From the NCBI GenBank assembly GCA_016432425.1, contig CP066688.1:343398-407397 (forward strand): a DNA stretch of 64,000 bases, in the 5' to 3' direction. The stretch comes from Candidatus Daviesbacteria bacterium. GTDB lineage: Bacteria > Patescibacteriota > Microgenomatia > Daviesbacterales > UBA10151. Position numbers and translations under genes: made by a program. The notes beneath the pieces were generated by a model that did not search any database, was not told the origin of the DNA, and saw nothing but the letters and a program-made list of their open reading frames with translations. Positions 12,593-20,163 of this stretch are shown one piece after another (the first letter of the stretch is position 1; each line of letters begins with the position of its first letter).

Positions 12593-12722
12593 ATTTTATG
12601 GGCCTTTTATATCTAAAACCTTTTTGGGGCGCCTGTCAAGTCAACTAGAGTATGTGGGGTATAATTAAGATATGAGGTTTTTTACCATTCAAAGAATGGC
12701 AAAGAATCGCATATAATTTTTT

Positions 12723-13292
12723 ATGCGATTCTTTATCGCCCTGGAAATTCCGAGTGAGAATAGGCTGCAGTTTCAAGCTATACAAGCCAAACTGCATACA
12801 TTAATTCCTCAAGCCAGACTTACTGATTTGAGTAAAATTCACCTCACTTTGGCCTTTGTGGGGGAACAACCGAATGAGCTAAAAACCCAACTGGTAGAGA
12901 TTCTTCAACAAGCAGGACAAAATATTTCTCCTTTTGAGGCAGTCCCTGCTTATATTGATGGATTTCCCAGTTTACATCATCCTCAAGTGCTGTGGGTGGG
13001 AGTCAAAGGTGATATAGATAAAATCTTGCTGATTAGGGAAAGAGTTAAGGATGGGTTGACAGACTTACATCTACCTATTGATGAAAGAAGGTTTGTCCCC
13101 CATATTTCCATTGCTAAATTAAACAGTGATTTTTATATAGACAGAAATTTGGAGGTGGAGCTGGAAAAACTTATGGCCATCTCATTTGATCCTATCAAAA
13201 TTACCTCCATCAAACTTTTTGAATCCATTCCCTCCGGGGGTTTCCATAAACACAATACCCTGGCAGAAATTAAACTAAAAAGTAACTATTGA
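12723..13292 (+). CDS. thpR: RNA 2',3'-cyclic phosphodiesterase / 2'-5' RNA ligase (2H phosphoesterase)
   Basis: Two H-x-T/S-x motifs: IHLTLAFVG and PHISIAKL, ~189 aa. Confidence 0.75.
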   Translation: MRFFIALEIPSENRLQFQAIQAKLHTLIPQARLTDLSKIHLTLAFVGEQPNELKTQLVEILQQAGQNISPFEAVPAYIDGFPSLHHPQVLWVGVKGDIDKILLIRERVKDGLTDLHLPIDERRFVPHISIAKLNSDFYIDRNLEVELEKLMAISFDPIKITSIKLFESIPSGGFHKHNTLAEIKLKSNY

Positions 13293-13319
13293 CTAAAAGG
13301 GATATAATAAACTTAAGAT

Positions 13320-13553
13320 ATGAAAGAGCATGTTTTTGAAGACGGTCCTTCAGAACAAGAATGGCCATCTGAAAGAATTATTAAGGCTTTAGAGCAAGGC
13401 TTTAATAGTTTAAGAGTTACCCTGGCCAGAATGCGGGAATATTTTTCCATACCTAGGCCTTCTGATGAATTTTTAGACCAGCAGCCAACTCTACCAAACT
13501 CCGGTCAACCAAATCCAGACACTCCTCTTGACAAAAAGCCTAACTTATCTTAA
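13320..13553 (+). CDS. hypothetical small protein
   Basis: ORF only. Confidence 0.2.
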   Translation: MKEHVFEDGPSEQEWPSERIIKALEQGFNSLRVTLARMREYFSIPRPSDEFLDQQPTLPNSGQPNPDTPLDKKPNLS

Positions 13554-13567
13554 TTTAATATTATCCT

Positions 13568-13783
13568 ATGAATAAAGACCGTGAGCCAAAAAGGTTAACA
13601 GACACACGACCACAAAGAAATCATGGCACAGGCAGAGTATTACCTACCTATAATTTACTATCTCGAGGTGAAGGCCCGAAGCCTACCGAAAAATCTGTGG
13701 ACCCAGAAACATTAGTAGAAGAGATTCGTTCTCTGGCCGGAATAAAATTTGCTTTTGCCAAACATCCTGGCAGAAAAGGCTAA
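13568..13783 (+). CDS. hypothetical small basic protein
   Basis: ORF only. Confidence 0.2.
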   Translation: MNKDREPKRLTDTRPQRNHGTGRVLPTYNLLSRGEGPKPTEKSVDPETLVEEIRSLAGIKFAFAKHPGRKG

Positions 13784-14322
13784 ACCAGGTGGATTTCTTT
13801 TCCTCCTCTTCTTAAAAACCAATCAAGCAAGGATGAGGTACTTCCTGTGGACTTAATTTTCATGGCCTCAACAAATTCATCCCTTTTTTGCATATTCCAT
13901 ACCTCCACTCTTTTACCCACCCCCAAAACTAAAGTTCTATCTCCTGGTTTTAGACCAGCATAGGCTAATAACTGAGGAGGTATCAAAAACCTACCCATCT
14001 TATCAATTTTAGAGCTGGCAGTATGGTCAGCAGCCAAACTTTCTACTTCAATTAAGGAAAGATGCTTCATTTCTGTTTCAGTTAAACGGGCCATGATTTC
14101 CAGCCAGTCTTCAGGCCTGCACAGTGTCAGTGAATAACCAATCCACTCCCTAACTACTACCACCTGACTAAACCAGGGCCTAAAAAGTGGCGGCAGGACT
14201 AGTCTGCTTCTGTAATCAAGTGTTCTATAATAGCTCCCGAACAAATAAGGGCCTTTTGGTTCTTCTGGAATAGCCTGCGGAAATCCATATACCTGATCTG
14301 CTTCTGTCATAATTGAGTGCAA
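13780..14322 (-). CDS. mraZ: transcriptional regulator MraZ (with N-terminal extension)
   Basis: Two DxxxR repeats LDYRSRLVLP and IDKMGRFLIP matching MraZ duplicated motif; not followed by rsmH/fts genes. Confidence 0.6.
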   Translation of the reverse strand: MHSIMTEADQVYGFPQAIPEEPKGPYLFGSYYRTLDYRSRLVLPPLFRPWFSQVVVVREWIGYSLTLCRPEDWLEIMARLTETEMKHLSLIEVESLAADHTASSKIDKMGRFLIPPQLLAYAGLKPGDRTLVLGVGKRVEVWNMQKRDEFVEAMKIKSTGSTSSLLDWFLRRGGKEIHLV

Positions 14323-14332
14323 ATTATAACAC

Positions 14333-15175
14333 CTAGGGAAATTTATTTAAATAATATACATCTTTCTTAAACCTAAAATCTGAGAATTGAAATTCCCCTT
14401 GACCATCTTTTAAAGCCTGGTAAATTTGACATTCATTACATATATCTTCCATCTCATTTTTAATACACACCCACTGCCCTTTCTCTACTGCCTTTTTCAC
14501 CTCCTGCCCTTTTTCTTGTAGCCACTGTACTTGTCCCTCTAGCGGCTCCAGCACAACAGGACTGGGACTGCTTTCCCGATCCAAATACCAAAATGAAGCT
14601 TGAGTCACTTTTTTGCCAAAATTATTTTCTGCCAAAATAGCATACAGATAAAGCTGCAGGGGGTCTTTTTTATCGGTTACTCCGGTTTTAAAATCCACTA
14701 CCCACAAAGTCCCATCTTTTTTTTCTCCCACAAAATCAAAATTGCCGGTTAATACCACATTTTCTACTAAATTATATTTAGGGAAATTAATATGGGGGGC
14801 ACTTTTACCTAAAATTTGCCAGTTTTTATAAAAATTTTCCATCATTAACAAACCTCTTTTGCCAAAAACAGCTTCTTCTTCGCGAGAAGCAAACCCCCCT
14901 CTTTTACCGGTAAATTTAAGCCATAAGTTGCGGTATTTTTTAATTAGTTGGTCCAAGTTAGCTTGCCCTTGTATCTCCAAAAACCACTTGATGGCATCAT
15001 GGACAGTGGAACCCAAAGATAAATAAGGGGAGGCTATTTGTAACCGGTGACCAGATTTGGGGTCCCGGTAGAGATTTTTTAAATAAAAAGAATGGGGGCA
15101 TTTTAAAAAATCCGACAAAGAAGTATAGGAAAGAAAAAGGGCATTTTTAATATATTTATTGTTTGAGGAAACCAT
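14333..15175 (-). CDS. Cas4-like PD-(D/E)xK nuclease with Fe-S cysteine cluster (standalone)
   Basis: N-terminal CPHSF Cys, VVDFKTG (D-x-K), QLYLYAIL (QxxxY), C-terminal C-x9-C-x2-C; no cas genes nearby. Confidence 0.55.
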   Translation of the reverse strand: MVSSNNKYIKNALFLSYTSLSDFLKCPHSFYLKNLYRDPKSGHRLQIASPYLSLGSTVHDAIKWFLEIQGQANLDQLIKKYRNLWLKFTGKRGGFASREEEAVFGKRGLLMMENFYKNWQILGKSAPHINFPKYNLVENVVLTGNFDFVGEKKDGTLWVVDFKTGVTDKKDPLQLYLYAILAENNFGKKVTQASFWYLDRESSPSPVVLEPLEGQVQWLQEKGQEVKKAVEKGQWVCIKNEMEDICNECQIYQALKDGQGEFQFSDFRFKKDVYYLNKFP

Positions 15176-15257
15176 TATCTTTTAACATAGACATAAATTA
15201 AATTAAAAAACAACAGGGAAGGCTTAGTAATTTTTTAATTTTTGGTAGAATATCCTC

Positions 15258-16271
15258 ATGGTAATTTTAGGTATTGAAACATCCTGTGACGAAACAGCTG
15301 CTGCTATCTTACTAAGAGATAAAAAATGTATACATATTTTATCCAATGTAGTGGCATCATCTGCAGCTTTGCAGGCTAAATATGGAGGAGTCATTCCTGA
15401 ACAAGCAGCCAGGGAGCAGATCAAAAGTATTATTCCGGTGATAGAAACCGCGATTAATAATTCACGATTAATGATTAGTGATATAGATGCAATCGCTGTT
15501 ACCTATGGCCCGGGGTTAATTGGTTCTTTGCTGGTGGGAGTAGAGACAGCCAAAACTTTAAATTTGGTTTGGAATAAACCGCTTATTCCTGTCAATCATC
15601 TGCTTGGTCATTTTTATGCAAATTGGATTGATACCACACCTCCCACTTTCCCTTGTTTAGGTCTGCTTGTTTCTGGGGGTCACACTGATCTAGTATTATT
15701 TAAAAACCATCACGAATATGAGTACCTGGGTGGAACTAGAGATGATGCAGCTGGAGAATGTTTTGATAAATGCGCCCGCCTTTTAGGTCTTCCTTATCCT
15801 GGTGGCCCGGAAATATCCAAATTAGCCTCGCAAGGCGATGCCTTGAGCTTCAAACTCCCTGTTCCCATGAAAGGGAGTAAAAATTTGGACTTTTCCTATT
15901 CAGGGCTTAAAACTGCGGTGGCAAGAATAGTTGACAGTGAACAGGCTATAGGCGACAATGGCCAAGCTGATCTGGCTGCCTCTATTGAAGAAACTATTGT
16001 TAAATCTTTAGTCGATAAAACCATTCTGGCAATCCAAAAGTACCAAGTTAAGCAAATCATGGTGGCAGGTGGAGTAGCAGCCAATCGAAAACTAAAAGAG
16101 AATTTAGAATCAAGAATTAAGGATCAAGATTTCAATATCAAGCTGCACATACCGCCTCCCCAACTCTGCACCGATAACGCAGCCATGATTGCCGCTCGGG
16201 CTTTTTTTGAAAAACCTTTATCTAGCCCTCTAACCTTACAGGTAAACCCCAATCTTTCCTTGTCCTATTAA
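15258..16271 (+). CDS. tsaD: tRNA N6-adenosine threonylcarbamoyltransferase
   Basis: MVILGIETSCDETAAAI start, Kae1/TsaD fold motifs (GGVAANR…). Confidence 0.9.
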   Translation: MVILGIETSCDETAAAILLRDKKCIHILSNVVASSAALQAKYGGVIPEQAAREQIKSIIPVIETAINNSRLMISDIDAIAVTYGPGLIGSLLVGVETAKTLNLVWNKPLIPVNHLLGHFYANWIDTTPPTFPCLGLLVSGGHTDLVLFKNHHEYEYLGGTRDDAAGECFDKCARLLGLPYPGGPEISKLASQGDALSFKLPVPMKGSKNLDFSYSGLKTAVARIVDSEQAIGDNGQADLAASIEETIVKSLVDKTILAIQKYQVKQIMVAGGVAANRKLKENLESRIKDQDFNIKLHIPPPQLCTDNAAMIAARAFFEKPLSSPLTLQVNPNLSLSY

Positions 16272-16311
16272 TTAGGTTGACCCTTACCCAAAATTAAAAT
16301 ATACTTTCTGC

Positions 16312-18438
16312 ATGGACAAAACTTATAATCAAAAAATAGTTGAAGAAAAATGGTATAAATTTTGGGAAGAAAAAGGCTTCTTTAAGCCTGAAATTAACCC
16401 TGATGGTCAACCCTATACCATTATTCTTCCCCCACCCAATGCCAACGCCCCTTTGCATTTTGGCCATGCCATGTATGTGGTGGAAGATATTTTAATCAGA
16501 TATCACCGCATGCTCGGAGAGGCTACTTTGTGGCTGCCAGGCTCCGATCATGCCGGGTTCGAAACTCAGGTGGTGTTTGAAAAAAAACTGGAAAAGATGG
16601 GTAAATCCAGATTTGATTATGACCGAGATACTTTATATCAGATGATTTGGGACTTTGTACAGGATAACAAGGGCGCCATGGAAGGACAACTGCGCAGATT
16701 GGGTTTTTCCCTAGACTGGTCCAGAATGAAATTCACCCTTGATCCGGAGATTGTCAAAATTGTTTATAAAACCTTTAAAAAACTATTCGACGATGGGTTG
16801 TTATATCGGGCAGAAAGATTAGTCAATTACTGTACCACCAATGGAACTTCATTTTCTGATCTGGAAGTAATTTATGAAGAAAGGAATGATAAATTTTATT
16901 ATTTGAAATATCCCCTGGCTGATTCAAAAGATTATATAATTATTGCCACCACCAGGCCAGAAACCATGCTTGGGGATACTGCTGTAGCTGTTAATCCAGA
17001 GGATAAACGCTATAAACACTTAATAAGTAAAAAGGTTAGACTTCCCCTAACAGACAGAGAAATTCCCATTATCGCTGATGATGCAATTGATACAGAACTG
17101 GGAACAGGAGCAGAAAAAGTAACTCCAGCCCATGATCCAGCAGATTTTGAACTGGGTCAAAAACACCATCTGGATCAAATATCAGTTATTAATTTTGATG
17201 GCACTATGGCTCAAAATACCGGTAAGTATGCCGGCACCACTTTAAAGGAGGCCAGGCAAGCTATTTTAGAAGATTTAGAAGCACAAGGATTGGTGGAAAA
17301 AATTGCAGACTATAGTCATAGGGTAGCTGTTTGTTATAAATGTGGTACTCCTATTCAACCACTTTTAAAAGAACAGTGGTTTATTAATATTCAGGATTTG
17401 GCCCAAAAAGCGGTTGAGGTGGTTAAAATTGGAGACATCAAAATTTATCCCCAAAATTGGGAAACTACTTATTTCCATTGGCTGGAAAATATTAAAGACT
17501 GGAATATCTCCCGGCAGATTGTCTGGGGGATACAAATTCCTGCCTGGCATTGTCAAGACTGTCATGAATGGACAGTCACAGACGGTATCACACCCCCAAG
17601 GTGTGATAAATGCAGTTCTCTAAATTTAGAGAAAGACTCTGATGTTTTTGATACCTGGTTTTCCTCTGGGCAATGGCCTTTTGCTACCCTACAATCTACC
17701 AAAGAAGGGGATTTTGAAAAGTTTTACCCAACTTCGGTCATAGAAACAATGTATGATATTTTGCTTTTTTGGGTGGCCAGAATGGTGATGCTGGGAATTT
17801 ATACTACTAATCAAGTTCCTTTTAAAAACATAGTTTTACATGGCAAGGTGTTAGATCCATTAGGGCAAAAAATGAGCAAATCCAAAGGCAATGTGGTTAA
17901 CCCCATGGAAATAGTAGATCAGTATGGGGCAGATGCGGCCAGAATGGCTTTAGTGTATGGCACTGCTTTTGGCCATGACCAGGCTTTATCTCACCCCAAA
18001 TTGCAAGCCATGAGGAATTTTACCAATAAGCTGTGGAATATAGGCAGGTTTATTTTGATGTATTATCAAAACCCAGAAGCGAGAGCTTCGCTAGTGGACA
18101 AACATATCACGGCCGTACAAAGTTTGTCCAATTCAAATGATAAAGTTATTCTGGAAAAATTAAATCAAACCTCAGAAGCAGTTACCAAAGCTTTGGATGC
18201 TTATAGATTCCATGATGCCGCTGAAGTCTTATATGAGTTTATCTGGCATCAGTTTGCTGACAAATACATTGAAAGCGCCAAAGATAGACGGGCTGAGGCC
18301 CAACCTATCTTAGAATATGTATTTAGAACCAGTTTAGAACTACTGCATCCCTTTATGCCTTTTATTACTGAGGAATTATGGCAAAAACTGCCTCACAAAG
18401 GGGACAGTATCATGATAAACGAGTGGCCTCGTGCCTAA
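16312..18438 (+). CDS. valS: valine--tRNA ligase (short form, lacks C-terminal coiled coil)
   Basis: PPPNANAPLHFGHA (HIGH), RYHRMLGEATLWLPGSDHAGFETQ, KMSKSKGN; 708 aa. Confidence 0.65.
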   Translation: MDKTYNQKIVEEKWYKFWEEKGFFKPEINPDGQPYTIILPPPNANAPLHFGHAMYVVEDILIRYHRMLGEATLWLPGSDHAGFETQVVFEKKLEKMGKSRFDYDRDTLYQMIWDFVQDNKGAMEGQLRRLGFSLDWSRMKFTLDPEIVKIVYKTFKKLFDDGLLYRAERLVNYCTTNGTSFSDLEVIYEERNDKFYYLKYPLADSKDYIIIATTRPETMLGDTAVAVNPEDKRYKHLISKKVRLPLTDREIPIIADDAIDTELGTGAEKVTPAHDPADFELGQKHHLDQISVINFDGTMAQNTGKYAGTTLKEARQAILEDLEAQGLVEKIADYSHRVAVCYKCGTPIQPLLKEQWFINIQDLAQKAVEVVKIGDIKIYPQNWETTYFHWLENIKDWNISRQIVWGIQIPAWHCQDCHEWTVTDGITPPRCDKCSSLNLEKDSDVFDTWFSSGQWPFATLQSTKEGDFEKFYPTSVIETMYDILLFWVARMVMLGIYTTNQVPFKNIVLHGKVLDPLGQKMSKSKGNVVNPMEIVDQYGADAARMALVYGTAFGHDQALSHPKLQAMRNFTNKLWNIGRFILMYYQNPEARASLVDKHITAVQSLSNSNDKVILEKLNQTSEAVTKALDAYRFHDAAEVLYEFIWHQFADKYIESAKDRRAEAQPILEYVFRTSLELLHPFMPFITEELWQKLPHKGDSIMINEWPRA

Positions 18439-18478
18439 ATTTAACGCAAATTCACCGCAAAATTGACGCAAAAAGAAA

Positions 18479-19234
18479 TTACTCTCCTTTATCTTCTTTA
18501 TTTTCTTTTGGAGTTTCAGGAGCAGCTTCTCCCTCAGAGGGAGCCTCACCCTTGCCCGCTATAGCTTCAGTGGAGGCGGGCTCACCCTCTTCACCTTCTG
18601 CCCCCTCTTCTGCCTCAGTTGCAGCTGCCTGCTCCGCCGCTTGCTCCTCCAATAGCTCTTGAGTTTCCGCTGAAACTGCCGGAGCCAGTTTAACTACGAT
18701 TTCTTCTGGACCTGCCAGAATGGTTAATTTTTCTTTATCATAATTTAAATCTGCTATAGTGATGGCATCATTAATTTGTTTTAAGTTAACTTGGTCAACT
18801 TCCAGGCGTTCCACTAAATCAGTTGGCAAAGCTTCTACTTCCACCTCATTTAAGGTTTGCAGTACAATGGCCTCCCCTAAATGCACAGCTTCCGGCTCTT
18901 CCCCTACTAAAACTATTGGCACCGGCACTCGTACTTTCTCACTTAAATTAACTTGATAAAAATCAATATGCATGGGGGTTCCTTGAACAGGGTCATATTG
19001 GACATCTCTGACTAAAACCGGACGCACTTTTTCCTGACCAATTTTTAGGTCAATTAAACCAGTTTCACCTGCTAGATGGAAAATTTTTAAAAAATCACTT
19101 TCAGCAACAGTGACGGACTCGTTTTCCACTGCCTTACCATAGACATGGGCCGGCAGCAGGCCGTCTCTTCTTAATTTTTTGACTTTTTTGCCTAAGATTT
19201 TTCGCTCAGTAGCATGTAATGACAATCTGTCCAT
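18479..19234 (-). CDS. rplY: ribosomal protein bL25 (Ctc form) with long acidic Ala/Glu-rich C-terminal tail
   Basis: MDRLSLHATERKILGKKVKKLRRDGLLPAHVYGK N-terminus; ~70-aa EEQAAEQAAATEAEEGAEGEEGE… tail. Confidence 0.8.
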   Translation of the reverse strand: MDRLSLHATERKILGKKVKKLRRDGLLPAHVYGKAVENESVTVAESDFLKIFHLAGETGLIDLKIGQEKVRPVLVRDVQYDPVQGTPMHIDFYQVNLSEKVRVPVPIVLVGEEPEAVHLGEAIVLQTLNEVEVEALPTDLVERLEVDQVNLKQINDAITIADLNYDKEKLTILAGPEEIVVKLAPAVSAETQELLEEQAAEQAAATEAEEGAEGEEGEPASTEAIAGKGEAPSEGEAAPETPKENKEDKGE

Positions 19235-19309
19235 AAAGGGTAATCTACCATAAATTGATCTCTAACACAAGGCTGCCTAAACATGACCAAAATTATCTCA
19301 CGCGCGACT

Positions 19310-20125
19310 TTAAAATCCCGCTTTTCTGGCCTCTTCACAAATAGCAGCAATTCCCATAAGTAAAGTTAACTGCTGAACTGGATTGTCCACATTATGTGGA
19401 CTTAAATTATAACCTTTGCCTGGCTGGTCATGGTAATCGCTGGGATCTAAGCCGCAAGCATCCCCCGGCACGCTTAAATTAACCCATTTGGGTTGCCTAA
19501 ACCAAACTCTAAAATCACGAGGGCTAAAAATATCACTGTATCCAAACATATGTTCATGGGTTGATTTCATCACAATCTCAATATCTTTATTATCAGATTC
19601 ATCTGGTTGATCAGACAACCAGGGCATTAATGATTTGGCTAATATCACAGATAATGACCCTCCATGCATTCCCTTTTTGGTAAATAAATTAACATGGGCT
19701 AATTGATAATATTTATTGTCAGGAATTTCTACACAATCTAAAGCCAGTAAAGTAAATAAGACATTGAGGGTGGCTGAAGTAGCAAAAGCTGGCTGCCAAT
19801 TGGGCTCTTCATTAAGATCATCAGCATTTTTCTTGACCACTGGCAAAGGACATTCCAACATTGAATACTCCTCTCTTTGTGGGGGCAAACTACCAAGTAC
19901 AGGACCGAACCCCCACCATGGCCACTCTGAGCTGGGTCTCATAAATGCTGGTAAGCTCAAGTCGTGTTGCAAAAACTCGACCACAGGAATAGTCGGGTTA
20001 GCTAGAAGGTCTTGTAGATTCTCCAGGGCTTGACTGTGAATAGTAATAGTTAAATTTTTACCATCCTTACCCACTCCCAAATCATAAACTGTTGGTCTAT
20101 TTCCCTCTTTGATGTTGTATTCCAT
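19310..20125 (-). CDS. hypothetical protein
   Basis: 271-aa ORF, no recognisable motifs. Confidence 0.3.
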   Translation of the reverse strand: MEYNIKEGNRPTVYDLGVGKDGKNLTITIHSQALENLQDLLANPTIPVVEFLQHDLSLPAFMRPSSEWPWWGFGPVLGSLPPQREEYSMLECPLPVVKKNADDLNEEPNWQPAFATSATLNVLFTLLALDCVEIPDNKYYQLAHVNLFTKKGMHGGSLSVILAKSLMPWLSDQPDESDNKDIEIVMKSTHEHMFGYSDIFSPRDFRVWFRQPKWVNLSVPGDACGLDPSDYHDQPGKGYNLSPHNVDNPVQQLTLLMGIAAICEEARKAGF

Positions 20126-20163
20126 AGGAAAATTTATAGTCTATTTACTAAGTAGTTGTCAAA

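Noticed and set aside
18378-18956. ORFs 18378..18662 (+) and 18759..18956 (+) antisense to rplY
   Set aside because: Ala/Ser-rich mirror of the acidic bL25 tail coding sequence on the opposite strand; artefactual.
19716-20033. Plus-strand 105-aa ORF within hypothetical gene 19310..20125
   Set aside because: Fully antisense to a longer ORF, no features; the longer minus-strand ORF preferred, though it is itself unannotated.
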